The notes: generated from the letters alone by a model not told the origin. Shown: positions 1-10,080, counted from the stretch's first letter. The stretch: 64,000 nt of DNA from an uncultured Clostridia bacterium (GCA_934254835.1 CAKQMI010000001.1:14588-78587), one strand, 5' to 3'. Translations and numbers: made by a program.

Positions 1-1395
1 ATAGCCTGCCGCCTGACCGCGCGGGATAATGGACACTTCGTTGACCTCGTCGCAGTTTTTCAGAAGTTTGGCAACGATTGCGTGACCGCTTTCGTGATAC
101 GCCGTAATGCGCTTGTCGCGCTCACTGACGACACGGCTTTTCTTTTGCGGGCCCGCGATGACCTTATTGATTCCCTCGTTGATATCGCCCATCGAGATGA
201 CCTTTCTGTTGTCGCGAGCGCAAAGGATTGCAGCCTCGTTCAAAAGGTTTTCGATGTCCGCGCCGGTGAAACCCGACGTCAAACGAGCAAGCGTTTTGAA
301 ATCGATGTCGGGAGCAAGAGGTTTGTTCCTTGCATGAACCTTGAATATCGCTTCCCTTCCGCGCACGTCGGGGACTTGCACGTAAATCTGACGGTCGAAA
401 CGGCCGGGACGAAGAAGTGCGGGATCGAGAATATCCGCGCGGTTGGTCGCCGCCATAACGATAATGCCGTCGTTTTTATCAAAGCCGTCCATTTGGACAA
501 GAAGTTGGTTGAGGGTTTGCTCGCGCTCGTCGTGACCACCGCCCAAGCCCGTTCCGCGCTGTCTGCCGACCGCGTCGATTTCGTCGATGAACACTATGCA
601 CGGCATATTGTGCTTTGCCTGCTCGAACAGGTCGCGCACACGAGACGCACCGACACCGACGAACATTTCGACAAAGTCACTTCCGCTTATGCTGAAAAAC
701 GGCACGTTCGCCTCGCCCGCAACGGCTTTTGCAAACAGGGTTTTACCTGTGCCCGGAGGACCGACAAGCAAAACGCCCTTGGGAATTCTTGCGCCAATGT
801 CCACAAACTTTTTGGGGCTTTTCAAAAACTCCACGATTTCTTGCAGTTCTTCCTTTTCTTCTTCCGCACCCGCAACGTCGGCAAAGCGGACTTTGACCGT
901 CTGGGTGACGCGGGCTTTGGTCTTGCCAAAGTTCATTGCCTGTTGATTTTGCCCTTGGCTTTGGCGATAAATGATGAACATCACGACGCCCAAAAGCACG
1001 ACCGACAATATCGGCAACATCAAGCTGTACAACATCGAGCGACGTGCGGGATTGTCGTAAGTTATTTTGGGTGACGTCCAGCCGACCACAGTGGAACTTT
1101 TTTCACACTCGGCGATAACGTCGTAAATTTGTTGGACGTTTCTGTTGGGGATATAGCAAAACGCGTCGTACTTGTTGGGGAACGTTTTTTCGGAAATGTT
1201 GCTGTCCTTATATCTGACTTTCAAGACGTAGTCGCCCGAAATTTGGATATTTGCGACCTTGCCGTCCTTGATGTCCTTGACAAGCGAGGAGTAGCTTATC
1301 TCGTTTGCGCCGTTGTCCGACAACAACATTGCGATAAGCACGACCGCGACAAGACAAATCAGAAATATTACTATGCCTTTGGTTCTTTTTTTCAC
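1..1395 (-). CDS. ftsH: ATP-dependent zinc metalloprotease FtsH (N-terminal ~465 aa; C-terminus lies beyond window start)
   Basis: Own minus-strand translation (not in the ORF track because no stop lies in the window). GTG start at 1395 follows GGAGG. It shows an N-terminal TM helix, Walker [10 protein letters not shown], Walker [33 protein letters not shown] and zinc site HESGHA. The + ORF 82..1074 is its antisense shadow. Confidence 0.93.
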   Translation of the reverse strand, partial: MKKRTKGIVIFLICLVAVVLIAMLLSDNGANEISYSSLVKDIKDGKVANIQISGDYVLKVRYKDSNISEKTFPNKYDAFCYIPNRNVQQIYDVIAECEKSSTVVGWTSPKITYDNPARRSMLYSLMLPILSVVLLGVVMFIIYRQSQGQNQQAMNFGKTKARVTQTVKVRFADVAGAEEEKEELQEIVEFLKSPKKFVDIGARIPKGVLLVGPPGTGKTLFAKAVAGEANVPFFSISGSDFVEMFVGVGASRVRDLFEQAKHNMPCIVFIDEIDAVGRQRGTGLGGGHDEREQTLNQLLVQMDGFDKNDGIIVMAATNRADILDPALLRPGRFDRQIYVQVPDVRGREAIFKVHARNKPLAPDIDFKTLARLTSGFTGADIENLLNEAAILCARDNRKVISMGDINEGINKVIAGPQKKSRVVSERDKRITAYHESGHAIVAKLLKNCDEVNEVSIIPRGQAAGY

Positions 1396-1531
1396 TTTGT
1401 AATAGCCTCCGCTTCCGTGATAAAAGCTGATAGAAAATCGTATTTATTTATCTTTATCACGAAGTTAGTACTATTATAACATAAATTGCCTAAAAATCAA
1501 CTAAATTTGAAAACGCGAGATTTTTGGATTT

Positions 1532-1984
1532 TCACGCCGAAAACAAAGCGCGATATAGCACAATCGCAATTTTAACGCTCGTTTTTTGCACGTTATCCCA
1601 CGATACTGACAAAAGAGCGTTCAGCGCGTCTTTGGACGGTTTTTCTACGACGGCAAGAACGCCGACGTCGCCCGTCGGGTTTTTGACGCCCGTCACCGCC
1701 CGTTTCGGATTTACTCCGCCCGAAACGATATGGACGTTTCCGCACGCTATGCCCTCGGAAAGACACGCGTCCACCGCGATAACGGGACTGTCGGGGTGTG
1801 CAAGTTCGATGAGTTTTAGGAACTCTTTCACGTTTTTTCCGTTGACGCTTTTCCCCGTTTCGCCATACACAAAACACCTTGCGTTCAGTTTATTTTTCAG
1901 AATATCGCCGACAATCGGCCCAACGCTGTCGCCTGCGATTTTGTCGCTTCCTATGCATAAAATTACCGGGATTCCCTGCTTCAT
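1532..1984 (-). CDS. yyaC: YyaC-family sporulation protein (GPR-like protease fold, DUF1256)
   Basis: 150 aa with CIGSDKIAGDSVGPIVG and AVDACL motifs typical of YyaC. RBS AAGGAGAG lies upstream. The origin-proximal location matches B. subtilis. Confidence 0.7.
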   Translation of the reverse strand: MKQGIPVILCIGSDKIAGDSVGPIVGDILKNKLNARCFVYGETGKSVNGKNVKEFLKLIELAHPDSPVIAVDACLSEGIACGNVHIVSGGVNPKRAVTGVKNPTGDVGVLAVVEKPSKDALNALLSVSWDNVQKTSVKIAIVLYRALFSA

Positions 1985-2121
1985 TTTTCTCTCCTTTGTG
2001 GAATTATTGCCCGAGATTTCAAAAATAAGCGTCTTTTTGATAAAATTTGTTTGATTTCTTCCATATATTTGGTATAATATTTATAACTATCGATAAATAT
2101 CGTAAAAAGAGGGATTATGGT

Positions 2122-2868
2122 ATGTTAAATTCTTTATGTGCGGCCGCGGTCAATCCATCGGATATAACCGTCCTTGTGGTTTTGGTCATCGGCTTAATTG
2201 CGGGCATCGTCGCGGGCTTTGCAAAAATGCTCAACGGTACGCTCGGCGGTCTTATCGCAATCGTTGCGACGGTTTGCTTGGGGTTCTTCCTTTCGGGCAT
2301 GCTCGCATCGAGAGTTCCCGCCTTTGTGGGATTACAGGATAAAATTACCAATTTCTTTTCCAGCAAGTTCGACGTCTGCGCCTACAACGCAAAAGTCGCC
2401 GACGGGGAACTTTTGATAAACGTCAGCGGTGACAAGTGGACAAGCGTTTCGGTTTTGTTTGACGGCTCGTCCAAACTCAAAATCGCGCTTCTTGTACAAA
2501 CCGTTTGTGTCAAACTTTTCAGCGGAGTGCTCACGGGCAGTATCTCGCTTGCAACTCTTGCGGGGCTTTTGGTGGTACGCGGACTTTGCGCACTTATCAT
2601 CTTCATCGTATCGATTATCGTGTTATCGATTTTGTTCTCGGTCATTTCAAGTATCCTTTCGAAAATCGCCGAAAAACAAAAATCCTTCCGCGCGCTTGAC
2701 CGCATCTTCGGTCTTATCTTCTCGGTTGCATTGACGGTCGCCCTCATCTTTGTGGTTATGTTCGCCATTGCAAAAGTCGGTCCGTCCGCGCAGGTCGCAA
2801 TCGACAATATCGAGGCGGGCACCGTCGCAAAATGGTTCTACGAAAACAACCCGTTTTTACTTCTGTAA
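2122..2868 (+). CDS. Polytopic membrane protein (possibly CvpA-like), function unknown
   Basis: ATG at 2122 follows AGAGGGA. Translation shows several hydrophobic helices. The family assignment is a guess. Confidence 0.5.
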   Translation: MLNSLCAAAVNPSDITVLVVLVIGLIAGIVAGFAKMLNGTLGGLIAIVATVCLGFFLSGMLASRVPAFVGLQDKITNFFSSKFDVCAYNAKVADGELLINVSGDKWTSVSVLFDGSSKLKIALLVQTVCVKLFSGVLTGSISLATLAGLLVVRGLCALIIFIVSIIVLSILFSVISSILSKIAEKQKSFRALDRIFGLIFSVALTVALIFVVMFAIAKVGPSAQVAIDNIEAGTVAKWFYENNPFLLL

Positions 2869-2912
2869 TTCTTGAAAATAAAAAATAAGCAAGGAGAATA
2901 TCCTTGCTTTTT

Positions 2913-4781
2913 TTATGCCCTTTTTGTTTTCTGTATTGTTTTGAGATATATCAGCAACACCGTGATGTCCGCGGGGCTGACGCCCGAAATTCTCGAAGCC
3001 TGTCCGAGCGTTGCGGGGCGTATCGCAGAAAGTTTTTGTCGCGCCTCGATACGAAGTCCGCTTAAAGCGTTATAATCGATATCTTCGGGCAAAATCTTTT
3101 CTTCCAGACGGCGCGCGTCCCTTATCGTGGCGTCTTCCTTTTCAAGATAGCCTGCGTACTTTATCATCACTTCCGCCGAAAACAGCGCGCTTTTTGAAAA
3201 GGACGAAAATGCGTCGGTCACCTCCGCGATCGCCTCGAACGTGATGCCGGGGTGCTTCAACGCCTCTTTTACGGGCATGGTTTTTTCGACCTGCACGCCC
3301 TCATACTTTTCAAATATTCCGCCGTTTTCCTTTTTGATTTTGACGATTTCGGCGGTTTTTATAATTTTATTTATTTCGTCGCGACGCGCCTGCATTCTCA
3401 AAAGTCGCTCTTCTGTCGCAAGCCCCAAATCGTATCCTTTTTCGGTCAGTCGCAAGTCGGCGTTGTCTTGTCTTAGGCGCAGGCGATATTCGGCACGCGC
3501 CGTCATCATACGATATGGCTCGTTGGTGCCTTTCGTGACAAGGTCGTCGATAAGGACGCCGATGTACGCCTCGTCGCGGTTTAATACAAACGGTTTTTTG
3601 CCGTCGATATACAACACCGCGTTGACGCCCGCCATAAGACCTTGCGCCGCCGCTTCTTCGTATCCGCTACTGCCGTTGATTTGCCCGGCGGAATACAATC
3701 CTTTTATCTTTTTGACTTGCAGTGACGAAGAAAGTTCCAGCGGGTTTATGCAGTCGTATTCTATCGCGTACGCGTACCTTATAAAACGCGCGCGCGTCAG
3801 TCCTTTTATCGAGTGGTACATTTCTTCCTGCACGTCTTTCGGAAGGCTGGACGACATTCCCTGTATATACATTAAATCGCTGTCGCGCCCTTCGGGTTCG
3901 ACAAAAATTTGGTGGCGGGTTTTATCGGGAAAGCGCATTACCTTGTCTTCAATCGACGGGCAATAGCGCGGTCCGACGCCCTGTATCGTGCCGTTATAAA
4001 GGGGGCTTCTGCCGATATTTTTTCTGATTATCGCGTGGGTTTCTTCGTTAGTGTAGGTCAACCAGCACGGCATTTGATTGTATAATTTTCCGTCGTGCAT
4101 GAACGAAAACGTGCCGATATCTTCCTCGCCGTCCTGAACGTCCATTTCGTCGTAGTCGATGCTGTCTTTTGCGATGCGGGCGGGGGTGCCCGTCTTGAAA
4201 CGGCGAATATCGATGCCCAATCCTATCAGGTTTTCGGTCAGATGAGTGGCGTTTTTGAAGCCGACGGGACCGCTGTCTTTTGTTTCCTCGCCAACTATCG
4301 TGCGCCCGTTCAAGTAAACGCCCGTCGCGATAACGACCGCTTTTCCCGCGATTTCGCCGTGGTTTAACGTCGCAATTCCGTTTGCTACGCCGTCTTTTAC
4401 AAGTATCTTCGTCGCCTCGTCGAAAAGAAGGTCAAGGTTTTCTTGCTTTGTCAAAACGTCCAGCATTATTTCGTGATAGACCGCTTTGTCGGCTTGCCCG
4501 CGAAGACTGAACACCGCAGGACCTTTCCCGCGATTCAGCATTTTGATTTGCAACAACGCCTCGTCCGCAGAAAGCCCCATCTGCCCGCCGAGCGCGTCCA
4601 CTTCCCTGACAAGGTGTCCTTTTGCCGTTCCGCCGATTGCGGGATTGCACGGCATAAGCGCGACGCCCGCCTTTTCAAGCGTCGTAAGCAGGGTTTTTTT
4701 GCCCATACGGGCGGTCGCAAGTGCCGATTCTATGCCGGCGTGCCCCGCGCCTATTACGATTACGTCGTAAGATTTTTCCAT
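2913..4781 (-). CDS. mnmG: tRNA uridine 5-carboxymethylaminomethyl modification enzyme MnmG (GidA)
   Basis: 622 aa with N-terminal FAD motif DVIVIGAGHAGIESA and full-length GidA-like sequence. Its start overlaps the mnmE stop by 1 nt. Confidence 0.95.
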   Translation of the reverse strand: MEKSYDVIVIGAGHAGIESALATARMGKKTLLTTLEKAGVALMPCNPAIGGTAKGHLVREVDALGGQMGLSADEALLQIKMLNRGKGPAVFSLRGQADKAVYHEIMLDVLTKQENLDLLFDEATKILVKDGVANGIATLNHGEIAGKAVVIATGVYLNGRTIVGEETKDSGPVGFKNATHLTENLIGLGIDIRRFKTGTPARIAKDSIDYDEMDVQDGEEDIGTFSFMHDGKLYNQMPCWLTYTNEETHAIIRKNIGRSPLYNGTIQGVGPRYCPSIEDKVMRFPDKTRHQIFVEPEGRDSDLMYIQGMSSSLPKDVQEEMYHSIKGLTRARFIRYAYAIEYDCINPLELSSSLQVKKIKGLYSAGQINGSSGYEEAAAQGLMAGVNAVLYIDGKKPFVLNRDEAYIGVLIDDLVTKGTNEPYRMMTARAEYRLRLRQDNADLRLTEKGYDLGLATEERLLRMQARRDEINKIIKTAEIVKIKKENGGIFEKYEGVQVEKTMPVKEALKHPGITFEAIAEVTDAFSSFSKSALFSAEVMIKYAGYLEKEDATIRDARRLEEKILPEDIDYNALSGLRIEARQKLSAIRPATLGQASRISGVSPADITVLLIYLKTIQKTKRA

Positions 4782-6103
4782 TATTTGCCCACGCAGAATT
4801 TGTCGAAAATGTCGTCGATGATTTTTTCGCTGACCGTCTCGCCCGTGATTTCGCCAAGCGCGGTATAGCCCTCGGTAAGCACTGAGATGACGCAGTCGGT
4901 CGTGACGCCCGCCCTCAATGCGGACAATCCTTCATCGACTTTGTCTTTTGCTTTCAGCACGGAAGATAGTTGTCTTTCGCTTGTCAGGACTTCTCCGTCC
5001 GCCGTCTTTCCCTCGTCGAAAAAGTCGGATATTATTTTCAAAAGGTCGTCAATTCCCTCGCCTGTTCTTGCGCTGACGAACACTTTGTTGTTGTCGTTTT
5101 TTGTCAAATTTACAAGGTCGCGCTTGTTGAAAACTTCAACGACTTTTTTGCCGACAAGCGCGTTGTCAAGAGCTTTGTTTTCGGCGCTGTCTTGCGTCGC
5201 GTCGTAAACGCGAAGTACCAAACGAGCGTCTTTAACTATCGAAATCGAACGGTTAATGCCCTCTTTTTCAATTTCGTCGTTACTTTCACGTATGCCCGCG
5301 GTGTCGCAAAGATTGATTTTTTTGCCGTTTAGTTCAAAGCTGTCCGAGATAAAATCGCGAGTGGTCCCTTTTATTTCGGACACTATCGCGCGGTCGTATC
5401 CCAAGATTGCGTTCATAAGGCTGGACTTTCCGACGTTGGTGTCGCCGACAAGCGCAACGTCCATGCCCTCTTTTATCATTTGCCCGTAGGCGCGACTTTT
5501 GGCAAGTTTTGACAGTTCCGACGATATTTTTGCAAGTTCTGTTTCAGCAGACGGCAAGGTTTCGTCCTCGAGTTCCTCGGGATAGTCCAGCACCGCCACA
5601 AGCCCCGTCAACACCGAGCGCAGATTGTTTTGCACGTCACGCACCGCCTTTGAAAGTTTGCCCGTCATAAGGCGATACGCCGTCTTGACCGCGTCCGCGC
5701 TGTCGGCGTTTATCATATCGATGACGCCCTCGGCGTCGGATAAATCCATTTTTCCGTTGAGAAACGCGCGACGGGTAAATTCGCCACGCTCGGCAAGTCG
5801 CGCGCCACGCTGTACGCACTCTTCGATAACGCCCTCGGCAATCCTTGTTCCGCCGTGGACGTGAAACTCGACGACGTCCTCGCCGGTATAACTTTTCGGC
5901 GCTTTGAAATAAACCATATAACAAAGGTCTGAAAAGTTTTTGGTGGTTATCTTTCCAAAGTACATATAGTTTGGCAGAATTTCGCCCTTTATCGCCTTGG
6001 ATTCAAAAACGGCGCGAGCAATCGTCAGCGGACTTCCGCTGAGCCTGATAACCGCTATACCGCCCTTTCCCGCGGGCGTTGACAATGCCACAATCGTTTC
6101 CAT
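4781..6103 (-). CDS. mnmE: tRNA modification GTPase MnmE (TrmE)
   Basis: 440 aa with G1 motif GDTNVGKSSLMN and the hallmark C-terminal CVGK. Confidence 0.95.
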   Translation of the reverse strand: METIVALSTPAGKGGIAVIRLSGSPLTIARAVFESKAIKGEILPNYMYFGKITTKNFSDLCYMVYFKAPKSYTGEDVVEFHVHGGTRIAEGVIEECVQRGARLAERGEFTRRAFLNGKMDLSDAEGVIDMINADSADAVKTAYRLMTGKLSKAVRDVQNNLRSVLTGLVAVLDYPEELEDETLPSAETELAKISSELSKLAKSRAYGQMIKEGMDVALVGDTNVGKSSLMNAILGYDRAIVSEIKGTTRDFISDSFELNGKKINLCDTAGIRESNDEIEKEGINRSISIVKDARLVLRVYDATQDSAENKALDNALVGKKVVEVFNKRDLVNLTKNDNNKVFVSARTGEGIDDLLKIISDFFDEGKTADGEVLTSERQLSSVLKAKDKVDEGLSALRAGVTTDCVISVLTEGYTALGEITGETVSEKIIDDIFDKFCVGK

Positions 6104-6166
6104 ACTAATTTACTTTATAATAAAAATTCTCACCAAAAATCGGCGAGAATTCCTTTCGCCATTCGC

Positions 6167-6306
6167 AAAATCGGCGATTCTATACACTCTAAAACGGCAG
6201 TCGCCATTTCTCTTTCTCCAAAATCGGCGATTTTATGCTCTCTAAAACGGCAGTCGCTACTTCTCTTTCTCCAAAATCGGCGATTTTATACTCTCTAAAA
6301 CGGCAG
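6167..6306. repeat. 53-bp tandem repeat, about 2.6 copies
   Basis: AAAATCGGCGATT..CTCTAAAACGGCAGTCGC..TTCTCTTTCTCC restarts at 6167, 6220 and 6273. The last copy merges into the hairpin unit. Confidence 0.85.
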
Positions 6307-6421
6307 AATTTTGATGAGATTACGGGGTTCTTGGCGGGTTCCGAAAAATCCAGTGTACTTTGCGTACACGATTTTTCGGGTTCTGCCAAAACGCCGTAAG
6401 GTCGCAAAATTATGCCGTTTT
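6297..6421 (-). repeat. 125-bp three-tier hairpin unit, copy A1
   Basis: Outer arms AAAACGGCAGAATTTTGAT / TCGCAAAATTATGCCGTTTT, middle stem TTGGC/GCCAA, apical hairpin GTGTAC-TTTGC-GTACAC. Read on the minus strand it begins 2 nt after the jag stop codon. Confidence 0.8.
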
Positions 6422-6423
6422 AA

Positions 6424-7236
6424 TTAAAAGTGTTTTTTGGTATAGCCAAAGGATTTAAACTTCGGCGGTCCGTTCTTCTTCAGATTAAACTCCGTTGCGG
6501 TGTCCTCGGCGGATTTCACGGCGGGGGCTTCGGTGCAATTTTCGCGACGTTCGCCGTTTCTTCCTCTGTTTCTGTCGTTGCGCCTGTTGTCGGGGCGTCT
6601 TCCGCCACGGTCGTTATCGTAGCCTTCGCGCACGCCTCCCTCTTTGGGGACGATGACGATATGACGATTCATATCCTCGCCCTCCGACTCGGTGGTGGCG
6701 AACTTGCTGTTTTGAAGCGCGGTGTGAATGACGCGACGCTCGAACGGGTTCATAGGTTCAAGCTCGACTTTTCTTCCGGTGCGGTACGCCTTGTAGGCAA
6801 GGCGGTTGGCAAGGGACTCAAGCGTTTCGACGCGTTTTTCGCGGTAGTTTTCGGCGTTGATGGACACGCGGATAAAGTTGTGTCCGCGCTCGTTCACGAG
6901 GATAAGCGCAAGATACTGAATGGCGTCCAGCACTTCCCCGCGATAGCCGATGATGACACCGCTGTCGCTTCCCGTGATATTGACGGTGATTTCCTCGTCG
7001 CTGACCTCGCAATCGGCGTAGCAACGAAGGTTCATTCTTTCAAAAAGCCCGTTCAAGAAATCGATGACGATGTCCGCGGGGGTTTCCTTGCGCGCCACGG
7101 TCACGACCGCTTTGCTGAAAATTCCGCCTTCTTGCAAAATCTCGATTTCGGCGTTATCTCTTTCGATGCCGAGCTCTTTCAAGCCTTCCTCGATTGCCTT
7201 TTCGACCGAGGACGCTTTGACTTCTATCTTTTCCAT
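6424..7236 (-). CDS. jag: Jag/KhpB RNA-binding protein (Jag_N-KH-R3H) with Arg/Gly/Asn-rich C-terminal extension
   Basis: 270 aa with R3H-type FERRVIHTAL. Position downstream of yidC is as in Bacillota. The tail reads DNDRGGRRPDNRRNDRNRGRNGERRE. Confidence 0.85.
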   Translation of the reverse strand: MEKIEVKASSVEKAIEEGLKELGIERDNAEIEILQEGGIFSKAVVTVARKETPADIVIDFLNGLFERMNLRCYADCEVSDEEITVNITGSDSGVIIGYRGEVLDAIQYLALILVNERGHNFIRVSINAENYREKRVETLESLANRLAYKAYRTGRKVELEPMNPFERRVIHTALQNSKFATTESEGEDMNRHIVIVPKEGGVREGYDNDRGGRRPDNRRNDRNRGRNGERRENCTEAPAVKSAEDTATEFNLKKNGPPKFKSFGYTKKHF

Positions 7237-7250
7237 AGGAGTTCTCCTTA

Positions 7251-8396
7251 TTATTTGAAGGTTGATTCCAGACGCTGTTCTTCGTGGCGTTTGTCGTTGA
7301 CCTTGACGCAGGCGTTGTAAATAAGCTGGAATACGGTGCTGAACAGGTTGCTTATTACCATATATACCGTGAACGCGGTGCTATATAAAAGCGCGAATAC
7401 CGCCAGCATTATGGGCATAAACCACTGCATCATCTTCATATTTGCCTGCATTGCGTTTTGCATATCTTTGCCGTTTCCGCCAGCCGTGGGGGGTTGAGGC
7501 GGTTGAGTTTGCTTCATAAGTTTTGTGGACGCAAAGGTGATAAGCCCGGTGATAATGGGCAACAACATAAAGCCGTTCCAACGACTTCCGCTCTTGCCGT
7601 TTCTCTTGACGTTGTTGTACTTTGCGATAAGCGGATCCATGACTTCTTCGTATTCGGTTTTATTTCCGTGCTCGATAGAAGCGGTGTCAATGCCGAGTTT
7701 GCCTATTCCGTTGCCGATGAAAGTTTCGTAGTTGGGGATAGGATTTTTCCAGCTGTCGGGCATAAACACGTTGTTTACCCACATAAATTTGATTTCGTTT
7801 TTGTACTTTTCTTCAAACTTTTTCAAGACATCGGCTTGTGCAAACGCGGTCGCTTTATCTTTTGCGATATTGCTTGCCGTGTCTTTTGCTTCCTGTTCGG
7901 ACTTGCCTTCGCCGATTAAACGGTTGTATTCCGCCGTGTTAATCGTCGATTTTTGCGCTTCGTACGTCGAAAAATACGTCGTGGAAAGGTCTTTGTACAT
8001 ATTCACGTTGTATTGCTTTACCATGCCGTTAAAGCCCGAAAAGACCATGAAGAATATGACAAGCGAGATTATCGAAGGAAGACAACTGCCAAGCATGCTG
8101 TACTTTTCCTTGCGGTAAAGTTCCATCTGCTTTTGCGAATAAAGTTCCTTATTTCCGGCGTATTGCTGTTGCAACTTCTCAAGTTGGGGCTTCATTCTCT
8201 CCATTGCGCGATTGTTCTTCGTCATGACAACTTTCTGCCATACGTCGAAGGGCGACATCGCCAGTTTTAAGATGAGAGTGAAGCATATTACAGCCACGCC
8301 GTAGTTACCGATGCCTTTGTTCAGAGCGTCGATAAGCCACATTACGCCTTCGGCAATTTTGTTCGCCGAAAGTCCCAGCTCCATTATACTAACCAT
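7251..8396 (-). CDS. yidC: Membrane protein insertase YidC/Oxa1 family
   Basis: 381 aa, multi-TM, in rnpA-yidD-yidC-jag synteny. ATG at 8396 has an AGGA RBS. An alternative ATG at 8384 forms a TAATG overlap with yidD. Confidence 0.85.
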   Translation of the reverse strand: MVSIMELGLSANKIAEGVMWLIDALNKGIGNYGVAVICFTLILKLAMSPFDVWQKVVMTKNNRAMERMKPQLEKLQQQYAGNKELYSQKQMELYRKEKYSMLGSCLPSIISLVIFFMVFSGFNGMVKQYNVNMYKDLSTTYFSTYEAQKSTINTAEYNRLIGEGKSEQEAKDTASNIAKDKATAFAQADVLKKFEEKYKNEIKFMWVNNVFMPDSWKNPIPNYETFIGNGIGKLGIDTASIEHGNKTEYEEVMDPLIAKYNNVKRNGKSGSRWNGFMLLPIITGLITFASTKLMKQTQPPQPPTAGGNGKDMQNAMQANMKMMQWFMPIMLAVFALLYSTAFTVYMVISNLFSTVFQLIYNACVKVNDKRHEEQRLESTFK

Positions 8397-8632
8397 TTTG
8401 CGTTTCCTTTATAGTTTTCTGCCACGGGATCGTATCCGCCCTCGTGGAACGGGTTGCATCGAAGTATCCTCTTTGCACCCATCACGCATCCTTTGAAGAA
8501 TCCGTGCTTTTCAATTGCCGTCAGGGTGTACATCGAACACGTCGGCACGTATATGCACGGACGCGTCAAATTTATCGAAATAAAACGTTTGTAAAATCCT
8601 ATTAAAATGCGGGCGAGCGTTTTCATAATCAC
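8384..8632 (-). CDS. yidD: Membrane protein insertion efficiency factor YidD
   Basis: About 80 aa with the YVPTCSMYTLTAIEKHG motif. GTG at 8632 overlaps the rnpA stop; an alternative ATG lies at 8626. Confidence 0.85.
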   Translation of the reverse strand: MIMKTLARILIGFYKRFISINLTRPCIYVPTCSMYTLTAIEKHGFFKGCVMGAKRILRCNPFHEGGYDPVAENYKGNAKWLV

Positions 8633-8970
8633 TTGGAATGGCTCAAAAGTTCGGCCTTTTTGAGGAGCGACCTCATCGAATCGGCAATTTCGCTACTTTT
8701 CTTGCCGTAGACTGTGCTTCTCGCCACGAATATCAGATTGTGTCCTGGGGTTATCTCGGTTATCGCTTGGCGGACGCTCTCGCGCATCTGCCTCTTTACC
8801 CTGTTGCGCTGGACGCTTCCGCCGACTTTCTTAGAAACCGAAAATCCGACTTTCAACGCCCCTTTCGTCTTTACTACGTACAAAACGAAATCGTCGTTTG
8901 AAAAAACCGTGCCTTTCCTGTAAATGTAGTTGAAAGACGCGCGCTTTTTTAACTTATATTCCTTTTGCAT
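8629..8970 (-). CDS. rnpA: Ribonuclease P protein component
   Basis: 113 aa basic protein located between rpmH and yidD. Confidence 0.9.
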   Translation of the reverse strand: MQKEYKLKKRASFNYIYRKGTVFSNDDFVLYVVKTKGALKVGFSVSKKVGGSVQRNRVKRQMRESVRQAITEITPGHNLIFVARSTVYGKKSSEIADSMRSLLKKAELLSHSK

Positions 8971-8998
8971 CGGTGCGACGAGCCCTCAGCCCGCACAA

Positions 8999-9139
8999 TT
9001 AGTTGTGCGGGGCAAGTCTTGCTCTGCCTTTGTTGCGACGACGTTTCAATACGTTGCGTCCTTGCTTGGTTTGCATTCTTTTCCTGAAACCGTGTACCTT
9101 GGTTACGTGTCTTTTCTTGGGTTGGAATGTCCTTTTCAT
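8999..9139 (-). CDS. rpmH: 50S ribosomal protein L34
   Basis: [49 protein letters not shown] at 9139 follows AAGGAGG. The ORF-track start at 9193 is too far upstream. Confidence 0.95.
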   Translation of the reverse strand: MKRTFQPKKRHVTKVHGFRKRMQTKQGRNVLKRRRNKGRARLAPHN

Positions 9140-9202
9140 ATATGCCTCCTTAATAGGGATTATTTCTTCACTATTGTTATTATAATATAACAATGCCAGT
9201 CA

Positions 9203-9231
9203 ATTATAAGTAAATTTCCCCTCGGTGTCAA
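9203..9231 (-). promoter_or_regulatory. Putative sigma-A promoter of rpmH operon
   Basis: On the minus strand, TTGACA (9231-9226), a 17-nt spacer, then TATAAT (9208-9203). Confidence 0.5.
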
Positions 9232-9587
9232 CCGATTTGACGACTTTAAGGAAATGACGGCGTTAAGTTTTTTTGTGTTTATTTGATATATAATCAGACC
9301 TTGCTTTTCGATTTTCGGTTTTTCTTGCGCCTTTCGTGCAAGCATTGTGAATGCCACCCGAGAATGTTTCCAACTGTCTTCGCCCGCGTTTTTGTCAAAA
9401 GCCTTGTTGCACTCTCGGCAAAAACGCAAAGTATTAGACCGTTCGCGCGCCAAGTTTTCGCCATAAACCGCACGGCAACGCTCTCTCAACCCGTTTCTTT
9501 TATGATTTTTGAAAAGACGAGTGCGGTTGATATTTTTGTACAAAATGACCTTATCAAAAAGCAAGAATATCAGCGTTTTAAAAAAAC

Positions 9588-9619
9588 AAACCGTACAAAG
9601 TACGGTTTAACCTTTTTTC
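9588..9619. terminator. Bidirectional intrinsic terminator
   Basis: Stem AAACCGTA / TACGGTTT with loop CAAAG. An A-run lies on the left and a T-run on the right. It sits downstream of the SdpI-like gene. Confidence 0.65.
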
Positions 9620-9708
9620 TTTCGAGTTTTGCCGATTCTTGCGTTTTCTCGATTTGCAAAACAACTCGGTTTTTGTCGTTTTTCGAAAACCTTACATTTG
9701 TATAGTTT

Positions 9709-10080
9709 TTAATCGGTTTGCTTTTTGTTTTTATTTTCACGTTTTCTTTTTACAAAAAGCCTCGCTTCGGTAATAATAATCGGCGCAAGAATATTCACAA
9801 TGACGCTTCCTACAAAATACCAAAATAAGTCGATTTTGATATTAAAACAGTATTTTGATATTATCAGAGCTATGCCAACAACCATTGATGTTATTGCCAA
9901 AATTATCATTACTTTTGGGGCAAATTTGTTTGCATATTTCCAGTATTCCTCGTTTATTGATGACCGCTTGGTACGATACCCGTACAAACTGTTCATCGGA
10001 GGCGTTTTAATAAGCAATATTATTGATGCCAATATGAGCGACAGTTGAATACCGAACGTATAAAAAAGATCTCTCCACAT
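9709..10080 (-). CDS. SdpI/YhfL-family membrane protein
   Basis: 123 aa with 3-4 TM helices and the family-like motif NSLYGYRTKRSSINEEYW. RBS AAGGAGGG. Confidence 0.6.
   Translation of the reverse strand: MWRDLFYTFGIQLSLILASIILLIKTPPMNSLYGYRTKRSSINEEYWKYANKFAPKVMIILAITSMVVGIALIISKYCFNIKIDLFWYFVGSVIVNILAPIIITEARLFVKRKRENKNKKQTD

Larger units (their letters stand above)
6104..6423. repeat. Intergenic repeat cluster A (fills the whole jag-mnmE spacer)
   Basis: Contains 53-bp tandem repeats and one 125-bp hairpin unit homologous to the units at 31303, 37912 and 50812. Confidence 0.85.

Noticed and set aside
82-1074. 330-aa + strand ORF (and 107..337, 587..946) at the window start
   Set aside because: It is antisense to a clear ftsH reading frame on the minus strand, which carries Walker A/B, SRH and HESGH motifs. 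It has no recognisable motifs of its own. The same logic rejects the other long shadow ORFs: 23160..23996, 24225..25154, 25230..26003, 26007..26957, 26979..27815, 34650..35606, 35516..36454, 38619..39698, 40289..41221, 41628..43286, 43433..44731, 46669..47994, 50042..50950 and 61380..62561.
6167-6306. Possible CRISPR array (also considered for the mini-hairpin arrays at 31819-32027 and 38681-38783)
   Set aside because: There are no unique spacers of constant length between the repeats, the units are contiguous, and no cas genes are in the window.
9160-9564. 134-aa minus-strand ORF upstream of rpmH
   Set aside because: It has a TTG start with no RBS, runs across the predicted rpmH promoter, and has no recognisable domain. 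It is treated as non-coding.
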